This document shows positions 20,229 to 30,703 of a DNA stretch of 61,531 bases, one piece after another. Where the stretch lies: NCBI GenBank assembly GCA_002371155.1, contig DFGC01000012.1, positions 1 through 61,531 on the forward strand, in the 5' to 3' direction. The DNA is from Alphaproteobacteria bacterium UBA3760. Lineage in GTDB: Bacteria; Pseudomonadota; Alphaproteobacteria; Rs-D84. Both the position numbers and the translations under genes were made by a program. How positions within the stretch are numbered: position 1 is the stretch's first letter; each line of letters opens with the position of its first letter. The notes below the pieces were generated by a model. The model had not been told where the DNA came from. It was given only the letters and a program-made list of their open reading frames with translations, and did no database searches.

Positions 20229-20724
20229 AATGCCACTAAACATAAATACTTTAACCAAATACATGCAAACCGAACCAGAATCCGATTTTTCAATTGAATA
20301 TCCCGAATGGAATACCCGATATGAAAAAATAAATGCCACATTAAAACATTTTGGTATAACCCCATCGTATGGCGATAACAATCCATATCTGGCAAAAAAT
20401 CCACGTGAATTACGAAAAATCATAAATACATATTTCACAAAATATTACAAAACATCTCGTATCGTATACGGCACATTCAAACAAGAATGTTTAATTCCGC
20501 ATATTACGCCCGATCAAAATATATATGATGCAAAACTGCACCGCGAACACACAACAATCGATTGGTGCCCGGAACTTGCATTATGTTCTTTTTTTTACAA
20601 AATCGAAAAACGATTCCGAATTATAATCCCAGAAGAAAAAGCATCCGAATTGGATACTTTGCACAAATGGTGCAATTATATTGCAACGACCAAAGAAATC
20701 ACAATACCACAAAACACAAAATAA
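20221..20724 (+). CDS. Hypothetical protein with acyl-carrier-protein-like C terminus
   Basis: IEKRFRIIIPEEKASELDTLHKWCNYI resembles ACP helices II-IV; overlaps upstream gene. Confidence 0.55.
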   Translation: MNKMPLNINTLTKYMQTEPESDFSIEYPEWNTRYEKINATLKHFGITPSYGDNNPYLAKNPRELRKIINTYFTKYYKTSRIVYGTFKQECLIPHITPDQNIYDAKLHREHTTIDWCPELALCSFFYKIEKRFRIIIPEEKASELDTLHKWCNYIATTKEITIPQNTK

Positions 20725-20752
20725 AAAAAATCGGGGTTAAACCCCGATTTTT
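20725..20752. terminator. Bidirectional terminator
   Basis: A-run atcgggg-ttaaa-ccccgat T-run. Confidence 0.8.
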
Positions 20753-22808
20753 ATTTTACCGTTAATTCATCACCATGCACATCAACATACACCGTTGCGC
20801 CATCGGTAATCACGCCTGATAAAATCAAATCTGCGATTTTATCTTCGACGGCACTCATTATCAACCGTTTCAACGGTCGCGCACCAAACACCGCATCATA
20901 CCCGTGCGTTGCCAACCATTTGATTGCCGGCGCCGTCACATCCAATGTGATATTGCGTTCGGCTAAGCGACGCGACAAATTACGCAACTGGATTTTAACA
21001 ATGCCATCCATCACATCAGGTGCCAATTCATTAAAGAATAAAATATCATCTATTCTGTTTATGAATTCCGGCCGGAAATGTTTTTTCACCGCATCCATCG
21101 ATGGCAAATTACTGGTCATGATAATAATTGTGTTTGTGAAATTAACAACATGACCCTGACCATCGGTTAAACGACCATCATCCAGAATTTGTAAAAATAC
21201 ATTAAACACATCTGGATGCGCCTTTTCAATTTCATCAAACAACAACACCTGATACGGACGACGACGCACAGATTCCGTCAACACACCACCCGCATCATAC
21301 CCGACATATCCCGGGGGCGCACCAATTAAACGCGCAACCGAATGTGGTTCCATATATTCACTCATATCGATTCGGGTCATGGCCGTATCATCATTAAACA
21401 GATATTCCGCCAATGCTTTGGCAACCTCGGTCTTACCAACACCGGTTGGCCCCAAAAACATAAAACTGGCAATCGGACGACGCGGGTCAGACAATCCCGC
21501 GCGCGAACGCCGAATCGCACGCGCAATAACATTTAATGCGGCATCTTGCCCCACAACGCGTTTGCGCAATTCGTCCTCGATATTTAATAATTTCGATTGT
21601 TCTTCGGTGCTCAGTTTATCCGCCGGCACCCCGGTCCATTTACTGACCACCATGGCGATATGTTCCGGCAGCACCGTTTTATATTCGCGTGCATCCGCAT
21701 TCATCTTTTTTATTTTTTCAGTCAATTCTGGTATTTTTCCATATTGCAACGCAGATGCCTTTTCATAATCCCCGGTGCGCACCGCCGTTGCAACCTCGGC
21801 TTTTGCCGCATCCAATGCCGCCATTGCATCTGACAGGCCGCGCATTTTTTCTTGTTCTGCATGCCATGCATCGGTCAATTTTTTCGATTCTTCTTCGGTT
21901 TTTTTAATAAGGCTTTCCAATTCAACCAATCGCCGTTTTGATTCATCATCTTTTTCTTTTTTCAATGCCTGTTGTTCGATTTTTAATTGTTGCAAGCGTC
22001 TATCAACCTCGTCCAATGCATCTGGCTTAGACGATATTTCAATACGAACACGCGCAGCGGCCTCGTCAATCAAATCGATTGCTTTATCCGGCAAAAAACG
22101 GTCTGTGATATAACGATTAGACAATTTTACCGCCGACACCAATGCCGCATCAGAAATACGCACACCATGATGACCCTCATATTTTTCCTTTAATCCACGC
22201 AATATAGAAATCGTATCATCAACCGTTGGTTCTTCGACATATACGGGTTGAAAACGACGCGCCAACGCCGGGTCTTTTTCGATATACTGACGATATTCAT
22301 CCAATGTGGTCGCACCCAAACAGTGCAATTCACCACGCGCCAACATTGGTTTTAATAAATTTCCAGCGTCCATAGACCCCTCACCCTTGCCGGCACCGAC
22401 CATAGTATGCAATTCATCTATGAACAAAATAATTTGACCATTTGAATCTTTGACCGCCTTTAATATCGCCTTTAACCGGGCCTCGAATTGACCGCGATAC
22501 ATTGCGCCCGCCATCAACGCCCCCATATCCAGCGACAATAATTTTTTATTCTGCAAATTTTCCGGAATATCACGCGACACGATACGTTCCGCCAAACCTT
22601 CGACAATGGCGGTTTTTCCAACGCCCGGATTTCCAATCAAAACCGGATTATTTTTTGTTCGGCGCGATAAAACCTGGATAGTCCGACGAATTTCTTCATC
22701 GCGTCCAATAACCGGGTCCAATTTACCGTCCGCCGCCAGTTTTGTAAAATCAGTCGTATATTTTGCAATCGCCTGATCTGGCGTTTCATTCATTTCTTCT
22801 GGATTCAT
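20751..22808 (-). CDS. clpB: Chaperone ClpB lacking the N-terminal domain
   Basis: [28 protein letters not shown], middle coiled coil, [15 protein letters not shown]; start at MNPEE. Confidence 0.95.
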   Translation of the reverse strand: MNPEEMNETPDQAIAKYTTDFTKLAADGKLDPVIGRDEEIRRTIQVLSRRTKNNPVLIGNPGVGKTAIVEGLAERIVSRDIPENLQNKKLLSLDMGALMAGAMYRGQFEARLKAILKAVKDSNGQIILFIDELHTMVGAGKGEGSMDAGNLLKPMLARGELHCLGATTLDEYRQYIEKDPALARRFQPVYVEEPTVDDTISILRGLKEKYEGHHGVRISDAALVSAVKLSNRYITDRFLPDKAIDLIDEAAARVRIEISSKPDALDEVDRRLQQLKIEQQALKKEKDDESKRRLVELESLIKKTEEESKKLTDAWHAEQEKMRGLSDAMAALDAAKAEVATAVRTGDYEKASALQYGKIPELTEKIKKMNADAREYKTVLPEHIAMVVSKWTGVPADKLSTEEQSKLLNIEDELRKRVVGQDAALNVIARAIRRSRAGLSDPRRPIASFMFLGPTGVGKTEVAKALAEYLFNDDTAMTRIDMSEYMEPHSVARLIGAPPGYVGYDAGGVLTESVRRRPYQVLLFDEIEKAHPDVFNVFLQILDDGRLTDGQGHVVNFTNTIIIMTSNLPSMDAVKKHFRPEFINRIDDILFFNELAPDVMDGIVKIQLRNLSRRLAERNITLDVTAPAIKWLATHGYDAVFGARPLKRLIMSAVEDKIADLILSGVITDGATVYVDVHGDELTVK

Positions 22809-22989
22809 AAAATCACCTCTTTTTTTACTGTTATGATATATAATGCGGAACAAAAATATTTCAATAACCCCCAGGAAAACAAACCACAAAAAAAATATAA
22901 AAAAAATAAACTTGAAACCGTGCCCCACTTGTGCGATAAATACAAAACACAAAAAATAGAAAATTATAAAAACAACAACGGAGAAAAAA

Positions 22990-24252
22990 ATGTTCAAAAT
23001 TACAGATATTCATGCCCGTCAAATTATGGATTCCCGTGGCAATCCAACGGTCGAATGTGATGTTAGATTGTCCGGTGGGGCATGCGGTCGCGCGGCGGTG
23101 CCATCGGGCGCATCAACCGGCAGTTTCGAGGCACTGGAACTGCGCGATGGTGGCACCGCATACATGGGCAAAGGTGTTTTGACGGCGGTTAAAAACGTGA
23201 ACGAAATTATTCGCCCAGCACTGATTGGTATGACGGCAACATCACAAAACGAAATCGACGAAAAAATGTTGGAATTGGATGGCACACCAAACAAAGACAA
23301 ATTGGGGGCAAATGCAATTTTGGCGGTATCTTTATCGGTTGCAAATGCCGCGGCAAAACAAAAACAAATCCCATTATATAAATATATTGCTGAAATTTAT
23401 GGAAATCAAAATCCATGCGTTTTACCACGTCCAATGATGAATATTATAAACGGTGGTGCGCATGCCGACAACGGTCTGGACGCCCAAGAATTCATGATTA
23501 TTCCAAACGGTGCACACAGTGAATTCGAAGCGATTCGCATGGGATCTGAAATTTTCCACAACTTAAAAAAAATATTAAAATCATCAAACAATTCGACAAA
23601 TGTCGGCGACGAAGGCGGTTTTGCCCCAAACTTTAATTCCTGTGACGAGGCATTATCGACAATCGTTGACGCGATAAAACAGGCGGGTTATATCCCCGGC
23701 GACCAAGTATCCATCGGATTGGATGTCGCGGCATCTGAATTTTATCATGACGGCGTATATAATTTTGAGGGTAAAAAATTATCCGCCGACGAAATGATTG
23801 AATTCTTTGATAAATTATGCGCAAAATACCCAATCATTTCTATCGAAGATGCCCTGGCCGAGGAAGATTGGGCGGGCTGGAAAAAACTGACCGCGAAATT
23901 GGGCGACCGTATTCAATTGGTTGGCGATGATTTATTTGTGACCAATCCGATTCGTTTGAAAAAAGGTATCGAAAACAATGTTGCAAACGCGATTTTGATT
24001 AAATTTAATCAAATTGGAACACTGTCCGAAACATTGCGCACAATTCGCATGGCCCAAGACGCAAATTATGGTGTCGTGGTATCTCATCGCAGTGGTGAAA
24101 CCGAAGACACATTTATCGCAGATTTATCGGTTGCAACAAATGCCGGACAAATCAAAACTGGTTCAATGTCACGCACCGACCGCATGGCAAAATACAACCA
24201 ATTGGTTCGTATCGAAGAAGAACTGGACAAATCGGCAAAATACGGTTTATAA
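22990..24252 (+). CDS. eno: Enolase
   Basis: [41 protein letters not shown]. Confidence 0.98.
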   Translation: MFKITDIHARQIMDSRGNPTVECDVRLSGGACGRAAVPSGASTGSFEALELRDGGTAYMGKGVLTAVKNVNEIIRPALIGMTATSQNEIDEKMLELDGTPNKDKLGANAILAVSLSVANAAAKQKQIPLYKYIAEIYGNQNPCVLPRPMMNIINGGAHADNGLDAQEFMIIPNGAHSEFEAIRMGSEIFHNLKKILKSSNNSTNVGDEGGFAPNFNSCDEALSTIVDAIKQAGYIPGDQVSIGLDVAASEFYHDGVYNFEGKKLSADEMIEFFDKLCAKYPIISIEDALAEEDWAGWKKLTAKLGDRIQLVGDDLFVTNPIRLKKGIENNVANAILIKFNQIGTLSETLRTIRMAQDANYGVVVSHRSGETEDTFIADLSVATNAGQIKTGSMSRTDRMAKYNQLVRIEEELDKSAKYGL

Positions 24253-24305
24253 TATGCATAAATAGAGTATAGGGGGGCGAAAACAAACGCCCCCTGATTT
24301 ATAAA

Positions 24306-24512
24306 ATGGATTGGGTAAATTTAATTTTTTTATATTTTAAATATATATTGGCCATAATCATAATAATAACAATTATTCTGGCACCGGCGTGGTTGGCGCG
24401 CCAAAACAAGAAAAATAAAACTGCAACCGCATGGATTCGCATATACAGTTGGCTGTTCGGGTGGACTGGGATTGGATGGTTGGTTGCATTATATATGGCG
24501 GTCCGGAAATAA
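24306..24512 (+). CDS. Superinfection immunity protein family, small membrane protein
   Basis: 68 aa; P..LA..K...I...WLFGWTGIGWLVAL pattern of the Imm_superinfect family. Confidence 0.75.
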   Translation: MDWVNLIFLYFKYILAIIIIITIILAPAWLARQNKKNKTATAWIRIYSWLFGWTGIGWLVALYMAVRK

Positions 24513-24540
24513 AGAACAAAAACAACACGTATGGAACACC

Positions 24541-24860
24541 GACCACGACAAGAATCCACCACATCCCAAGAAATTAAATTTTATGAGATTATTGGATGTG
24601 GTCGATGTTCCGCAGTGTACAAATGCTACATAAGGGACATCGACCATGACAAGAATCCACCACATCCCAAGAAATTAAATTTTATGAGATTATTGGAAGC
24701 GATTGTTGGTTCGCAGTGTAGTTGACCTACATAAGAACCGACAATCACGACAAGAATCCACCGCATCCCAAGAAATTAAATTTTATGAGATTATTGGATG
24801 TGGTCGATGTTCCGCGGTGTACAAATGCTACATAAGGGACATCGACCACGACAAGAATCC
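24541..24860. repeat. Tandem array of 101-bp units with RPE-like hairpins
   Basis: gacaagaatcc at 24547, 24648, 24749, 24850; 50-bp constant part plus 51-bp palindromic part. Confidence 0.9.
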
Positions 24861-24879
24861 ATAAAATTTAATTTATTTC

Positions 24880-24908
24880 TTGACTTTGGTGGATTTTTGT
24901 TCTAAATT
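24880..24908 (+). promoter_or_regulatory. Sigma70-type promoter of rpmB-tRNA-Leu
   Basis: TTGACT-17 nt-TAAATT. Confidence 0.55.
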
Positions 24909-24936
24909 ATGCCCTGCAATTAAAGGATATTGAATT

Positions 24937-25305
24937 ATGCCACGTGTATGTGATGTTACTGGTAAAAAAACAACTGTTGGTCACAATGTGTCCCATTCGG
25001 AACGCAAGACTAAACGCACATTTTTACCGAATTTACAAAAATTAAAATTTCACAGTGATATATTGGGTCGCGACTTTTTGTTGCGTATTTCGACGGCGGG
25101 TTTGCGCACATTAACCAAACACGGCGGTCTGGACGGATACGTAATGGCGAAACCAATTTCACGTTTAACCGACGAAATGGCGGCAATTAAACGCGCCATT
25201 GAAAAAAAGAATGGCACGGCTGCGACACCGGCGAAAAAACCTGTGCGCAAGGTGAATCGTTCGGCCCGTTTGGTTAAAAAGGTTTCCGCGAAAACCGCAA
25301 AATAA
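24937..25305 (+). CDS. rpmB: 50S ribosomal protein L28 with basic C-terminal extension
   Basis: MPRVCDVTGK...VSHS..KTKRTFLPNLQ. Confidence 0.97.
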   Translation: MPRVCDVTGKKTTVGHNVSHSERKTKRTFLPNLQKLKFHSDILGRDFLLRISTAGLRTLTKHGGLDGYVMAKPISRLTDEMAAIKRAIEKKNGTAATPAKKPVRKVNRSARLVKKVSAKTAK

Positions 25306-25321
25306 TTGCGGCGGCGGTAAT

Positions 25322-25406
25322 GGCTCTGTGGCGGAACTGGTAGACGCGCTTGACTCAAAATCAAGTTCAGCAATGAGTATCGGTTCGATTCCGATCAGAG
25401 CCACCA
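25322..25406 (+). tRNA. tRNA-Leu(CAA)
   Basis: GGCTCTGTGGCGGAACTGGTAGACGC..CTCAAAA..long variable arm..GGTTCGATTCC..GAGCCACCA. Confidence 0.95.
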
Positions 25407-25450
25407 AAAATTAAAACCCATCTTGCATGGGTTTTTATTTTTGCATGTAA

Positions 25451-25892
25451 ATGACGGACATCGAACCGATAGGTTCGGAACGGAGCGTCAGCGTAGTGAA
25501 AGGGGCCCGCCAAAATCACCAAGAACAAAGTGATTGGATTGATTTTGGCAGGGAATTATACATTCCGAGAAGCCGCCACCACGAATTTTCGTTAGTAAAA
25601 AAAACGCCAAATGGCGTTTTTTTTATTTAAGAAAATTCAGTGCCTCGGCGTAGCAATCGCAGTCAACGATAATCATCCATATCACAACAAAATTTTTTAT
25701 TCGAAATTACTCACTAGCGAAGACGGGCAAAAATTTTCTATGACGGATATCGAACCGATAGGTTCGGAACGGTTAGTTGATGAAAACGAGTGAAACGAAG
25801 TTTGAATCTTACGACGCGAAAGGGCCCCGCGAATACAATTCGTGGGAATCTACATTCCGAGAAGCCGCCACCACGAATTTTCGTTAGTAAAA
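25451..25892. repeat. Two related ~150-bp units downstream of tRNA-Leu (25451..25601, 25740..25892), each followed by a terminator hairpin
   Basis: Shared atgacgga.atcgaaccgataggttcggaacgg start and tacattccgagaagccgccaccacgaattttcgttagtaaaa end. Confidence 0.85.
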
Positions 25893-25913
25893 ATCACCCA
25901 AACGGGTGATTTT

Positions 25914-28900
25914 TTATATTCCCAACCGATGTGATAATTTCATCATAAATATCGATTCGTTTCCAAACGCATCTGTATTGTTTGGGTTTACGCGATATAT
26001 GAACCCCAACGCACCGTCGGTCCAATCACCAAATTTATGACGATACGACGCATTAAAACGATATTCTCTTTTTTCTGGTGTTAAATCAATATCGCGTTCA
26101 CCTAAATAATTTACAATCAATGCGCCATTTTCATCTACATCAAAATCTGCAAACGAATAACGCATAACACCACCCGTCAATGCCAATGGGACAGACACCC
26201 CAAAATCAAAATTGCCAAACCGCGCACCCGCCGCAAAGGCATTTGATTTCAATTCATCCAATCCCAACACAATCCCATTTGCAATATCCCCAACATGTGT
26301 CCATGCAAATGTTGCGCGCAAAGATAAATCAATATTTTCATCAAACGCATATCGTGCAACCGAATCGATATAATTTGTATCGGCGCCATTCAAATCAAAA
26401 AATCCATAGCCCGCCGCACCCAAAACAGTATTCGATTCGTGCATTGTTCCAACATTCGATACAATCGACAATTTTTCATCACTAAATTTTATTCCTGATT
26501 CTGCGCCCGACGCATCGCCCAATTTTGCTGCCGCGAAATTATTCGACACCACGGGGTCATTTTCCAGCAATCCATCCGTTGTAATATTTCCAACAAACCC
26601 GCGCATGGCAATCGCAAATTTCCCAGACTTTAATTCCGCGCCCGTTGACACTGCATTTGACACCAAACCCAACACCGGATTCGCATGTCCCCAGAAACGC
26701 GATTCGCCATCGGTCAAATAATGCTGATATTCTGATTTTAATCCATACCGGTCATTTGCCCATGCAATCGACAAATTATCCACACCCGACATATTATCAT
26801 CATATAATTTTTCATGACGCGCAAAACCAAATTGCAAATTGCCGAATGATACAGTATTCGCAACATCATGCGTTTTCAATTCACCCAATGTATCACCCAA
26901 ATATAATCCATGCGCCACGCCATCACTCAACATAAATTCATTGTTCCACACGCGCGCCACAGATAATTCTGAATCTTGCGATGATAACACATCATACGCC
27001 GCGACCGGCACAACGACACCACGCGCACCAAATACATTTGTCATACGAACCCCAGATGCCCGGAAACTGTCCCAGAACAAACTATTCCCCGACACGATGT
27101 CACCATTTGCATAATAATAAATTTTTTCATTTGGCGTGACCGCACGTTCCAAATTTATTAAACCATAACCAAACACCTGTTTGAACGCATCCAAATAAGC
27201 CGTCCCCGTCAATGCATCTTTCTGCACAGACATCGTATATTTTGATTTCAGAAACGCAACCAAATCATCGACACTATACCAATCACCCGACGGATTTTTT
27301 GCCAGATATGGCCCATCCGCCGTCAAAGCCAACAAATTGAAAATCGTTTGATTCGACATATATCCAAAAGCTTTTTTCAACGATGCCACCGCCCCAGACA
27401 TCGCCGCAACCGCATATTCTGAATTATCGCCCGGCGCCGCAAAGCACCATGGGTCAACGCCACCAACCCCACTGCCCGCGACACCACACATACGCGAACG
27501 ATATACATTTGTGCCACCATCGTTCCATGTTGACAACTGAACTTTTCCAAACAATGAACCAACGCCATTACCATATTGCGCAACCGTCGTCGCAGCAGCA
27601 GTCCCCAGCACATGTTGAACCGCGACCACAGAAATAAAATTCTTGTCAATTTTATCCGAATACACAACCGGGGCATAATTTTCAAATGTCGCATCCACAC
27701 CCGACGGATAATTTGCAACATTATATCCACCAACCGAATTTACAACAATCGGTGAACCGACATTATAACGACTGAACAAATCGTCTGCATATGCGCCCTG
27801 GCCTGTGCCATACCAATATGCAATCCGTGTTTGAAAATTCGACGATGTTGCACCACCCGCCGAATTAGAAAAACCATCAATCGTGTCATATCCCGACGAT
27901 GTCAACGAATTTGTATTCTGAACAACATTTGCGATAACATCAGGCGTTGGACTTAAACGCAACGCATCATACATTGCGCGATAATTATATATACCACTCG
28001 CACCATCGCCAATTCGATATACCGCCAAAGAACCATACGGCACAAATCCATATAAATCACCCGAACGACCACCCGCCGCCCAACCGGCAACAATTTTCGC
28101 GATATTATTATCCTTCGCCGTTGCCGCCGAATTTTCAACCGCCGTCCCATTTCCAGACAAATCAAAATCTGTATTTTCCGTCCCAACGCAATTCGTGCCA
28201 TTACATCCCGAATTATTATAGTTTTTATATTTATCGACATAACTGACGCCGCCCATAACACTGTCGGCGACCGGTATTCCACCCGCACGCACCAAAGATC
28301 CACTTGAATTGTCTATGCCATTGGCGGTAATCAACGCAACCAGCGCAGGTGTTCCGCCATGAACCTCGGCTGCGACACCAGACATTAACAGAGGAACCTT
28401 GGTCGTTTCATTTCTGAAAATATATTGTCCATAATAACTGTTGGCAAACAAATCATATCCATGCGACATCAGTAAATAATTTTGCATATAATTCGAATCT
28501 GTGGCGGGCAATCCACGCAACCAATCAAAATCAGTTTTTCCAATGGTATTTGCCCAATTATCACCACTGACATTTGCATTTGGATTTATCGTTCCATCAG
28601 TTGCCAAATATGCCGGACTATACGGCACAACCAACGACGGATTGACCGCGTCGTCATCGCCCGTTCCCCCACCCGGGGTATTTCCAGAATGACTGCCTGA
28701 ACCCGTCCCAGAATCATTGTCATTGCCACCGTCGAACGCATCCGTCAACCACAACAAACCGCCAATCACCGCGCCCGCACCGACAACACCCAACAACAAT
28801 TTATGACTGGACGACAGACCGGAAAACATACCTGTATCATCGGCATTTTGATTTCGCGCGCGATAGTTTTTAATCTGTCGATCACATTGCGACGCATCTG

Positions 28901-29153
28901 CGCCATACATTTGTAATATTTGCACCGCACGCATATCGTTATTCATAACCGCAGTGCACACAACCGACACGCCTGTTGAATCGACATAATTTACATCGGC
29001 ACCACTGTTAATTAAATTTTGCACCAAACGCGTATTTCCATTGCGCGCTGCCGACAGCAACTGGGCCGCCATATTAAAATCAGCCCCCGCCGCCATCGCG
29101 CCAACGGGACAAAACACCACACCACCCAAGATAAATTTATTGAATTTCAACAA
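25914..29153 (-). CDS. Ankyrin repeats plus degenerate subtilase-like domain plus putative C-terminal beta-barrel (autotransporter-like)
   Basis: LLSAARNGN..LINSGADVN; WCFAAPG..SGAVA.L..AF..LL..TA..FGYGLINL; alternating beta-strand C terminus; TTG start. Confidence 0.7.
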   Translation of the reverse strand: MLKFNKFILGGVVFCPVGAMAAGADFNMAAQLLSAARNGNTRLVQNLINSGADVNYVDSTGVSVVCTAVMNNDMRAVQILQMYGADASQCDRQIKNYRARNQNADDTGMFSGLSSSHKLLLGVVGAGAVIGGLLWLTDAFDGGNDNDSGTGSGSHSGNTPGGGTGDDDAVNPSLVVPYSPAYLATDGTINPNANVSGDNWANTIGKTDFDWLRGLPATDSNYMQNYLLMSHGYDLFANSYYGQYIFRNETTKVPLLMSGVAAEVHGGTPALVALITANGIDNSSGSLVRAGGIPVADSVMGGVSYVDKYKNYNNSGCNGTNCVGTENTDFDLSGNGTAVENSAATAKDNNIAKIVAGWAAGGRSGDLYGFVPYGSLAVYRIGDGASGIYNYRAMYDALRLSPTPDVIANVVQNTNSLTSSGYDTIDGFSNSAGGATSSNFQTRIAYWYGTGQGAYADDLFSRYNVGSPIVVNSVGGYNVANYPSGVDATFENYAPVVYSDKIDKNFISVVAVQHVLGTAAATTVAQYGNGVGSLFGKVQLSTWNDGGTNVYRSRMCGVAGSGVGGVDPWCFAAPGDNSEYAVAAMSGAVASLKKAFGYMSNQTIFNLLALTADGPYLAKNPSGDWYSVDDLVAFLKSKYTMSVQKDALTGTAYLDAFKQVFGYGLINLERAVTPNEKIYYYANGDIVSGNSLFWDSFRASGVRMTNVFGARGVVVPVAAYDVLSSQDSELSVARVWNNEFMLSDGVAHGLYLGDTLGELKTHDVANTVSFGNLQFGFARHEKLYDDNMSGVDNLSIAWANDRYGLKSEYQHYLTDGESRFWGHANPVLGLVSNAVSTGAELKSGKFAIAMRGFVGNITTDGLLENDPVVSNNFAAAKLGDASGAESGIKFSDEKLSIVSNVGTMHESNTVLGAAGYGFFDLNGADTNYIDSVARYAFDENIDLSLRATFAWTHVGDIANGIVLGLDELKSNAFAAGARFGNFDFGVSVPLALTGGVMRYSFADFDVDENGALIVNYLGERDIDLTPEKREYRFNASYRHKFGDWTDGALGFIYRVNPNNTDAFGNESIFMMKLSHRLGI

Positions 29154-29261
29154 TCTCTCTCATGCTTTACGAACATGCTATCACATAACCCGAAACCAAG
29201 TCCAGAAAAAAACATAAAAAATACCGTCCAAACGGACGGTATAAAAACACAAAACAAAAGT

Positions 29262-29723
29262 TTAATGATAAACATACCCCTTAAATTTACACGTAACCAT
29301 AATCTGAGTCTGTTTCGTTGTATCTTGCGGTATCGTATCTTGTTTCGGTTCTGGTTTAACCGGATTTTTTTTCGGTTCTACCACTGGCTTTCTTTTCCTT
29401 GGCACAGGTTTTTGTTCCCGTTGTTTATCGCAATCACAACAACTGTCAACAATACTCAAAATAGAATCCGCCGTTTCCTGTAAATCATCAACCTTGGCTT
29501 CGGTTCTTTGAACGACTGTATACGTTGCTTTATCAAACGCCTTTGTCGTATCAGCATCACGTTTTAACAAATCAGTATCTCCAAGAACCTTTTTCACACC
29601 TTCGTTGGTTTCACGCGCCACATCGCCATCAGAACAATTTTTAATTCCCAACAACAACAACGCCCCCAATGTCACATATAACACAGGTCTTTCTGCACGT
29701 GCCAAAACATTTTTCAATTTCAT
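29262..29723 (-). CDS. Hypothetical membrane-anchored protein
   Basis: 153 aa, RBS GGAG, N-terminal TM, coiled coil, CCDC motif, Pro/Lys linker. Confidence 0.7.
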   Translation of the reverse strand: MKLKNVLARAERPVLYVTLGALLLLGIKNCSDGDVARETNEGVKKVLGDTDLLKRDADTTKAFDKATYTVVQRTEAKVDDLQETADSILSIVDSCCDCDKQREQKPVPRKRKPVVEPKKNPVKPEPKQDTIPQDTTKQTQIMVTCKFKGYVYH

Positions 29724-29848
29724 TTTTTACTCCTAAATTTCATATTACGACGATAATATAATACAAAAACGATATTTTGTCAATAGAAAATATTATTTTT
29801 TTCTTTTTTATGCTACAATTTTTTGATATAATACACACTCGAGAGAGT

Positions 29849-30700
29849 ATGATGAAAAAAATCGCGATTTTTGCGCTATCTTTACTTGTCGTCCCCGAAA
29901 TAGTTCTGGGCGCGCCATGTTCGCGCATAAATTTGACGCGTTGTTTGGATTCTGCATGCGCAATAAATTTATCATCAAATCCGGCGGCGCGTTGCCAATA
30001 TTGCGGCACCGCCCAGGCGGGCACCCCCGCATCAAACATGCGAAACATATCCGCCGGCACATCATCAAAAAACACGATAACCGCGCGGGAATTGCACTCT
30101 GCACCGTCTGACCCGGGTGAACGATACATTTGGGCAACAAAATTATGCCTGGGGCGCGTTGAAAATTGCACAACCACAGATGTCGACGAAACATACGACC
30201 CATTGATTGAAAAATCTTGCACGGCGGCGGGTGTCCAACGAACATTTGCACAAATTCAGCAATCAAATGCAAAAACGACACGCAACGCAAATGTATGCAG
30301 TAACGAAATTTCTGTGTGCATAACAAAATCAGACAAATGCAACACAGATTATTCCACATGCACCGACGACGCAAAATTCGACCAATTTTTCGCCGCCTGT
30401 GCCAGTCAATCAACTGGTTGCACCGCATATGTTGATAACATCCGTCGTGATATAAATTCAACACGCAAAACATTTTTATCAACCGTAAATGAATCCGTTG
30501 AATCGATTGCCGCCGCACACAAATCTGCGCGCGAACAAGAAATAACAATAACCCGCTCTAATTGCAGCCGAAATACAGAATTCGACAAATGTGTCGCGAC
30601 GATATGCCAAAACAATACATCGGACAATTGCGCATCCGATAAAAGTATCGCCACCGCACTATGTCAATTCTATAAAACCGCATGCACCAAGGTAAAATAA
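29849..30700 (+). CDS. Secreted Cys-rich protein
   Basis: Signal MMKKIAIF..VLG; many Cys; N domain similar to 36543..39329. Confidence 0.75.
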   Translation: MMKKIAIFALSLLVVPEIVLGAPCSRINLTRCLDSACAINLSSNPAARCQYCGTAQAGTPASNMRNISAGTSSKNTITARELHSAPSDPGERYIWATKLCLGRVENCTTTDVDETYDPLIEKSCTAAGVQRTFAQIQQSNAKTTRNANVCSNEISVCITKSDKCNTDYSTCTDDAKFDQFFAACASQSTGCTAYVDNIRRDINSTRKTFLSTVNESVESIAAAHKSAREQEITITRSNCSRNTEFDKCVATICQNNTSDNCASDKSIATALCQFYKTACTKVK

Positions 30701-30703
30701 AAA

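Noticed and set aside
22809-22997. Hydrophobic N-terminal extension of ClpB in the ORF track
   Set aside because: Reverse complement of an A-rich intergenic stretch, overlapping the eno start; AGAGGTG RBS precedes MNPEE
24541-24860. CRISPR array
   Set aside because: The 50-bp constant block is long, the spacers are self-complementary, repeat (A-B-A) and recur at 40.2 kb, and there are no cas genes
25611-25793. 60-aa ORF ending MTDIEPIGSER
   Set aside because: Starts within a terminator hairpin and runs through the repeated unit; no RBS
29808-30222. Minus-strand ORFs opposite the Cys-rich gene
   Set aside because: Antisense to a signal-peptide-bearing ORF that has paralogues in the window
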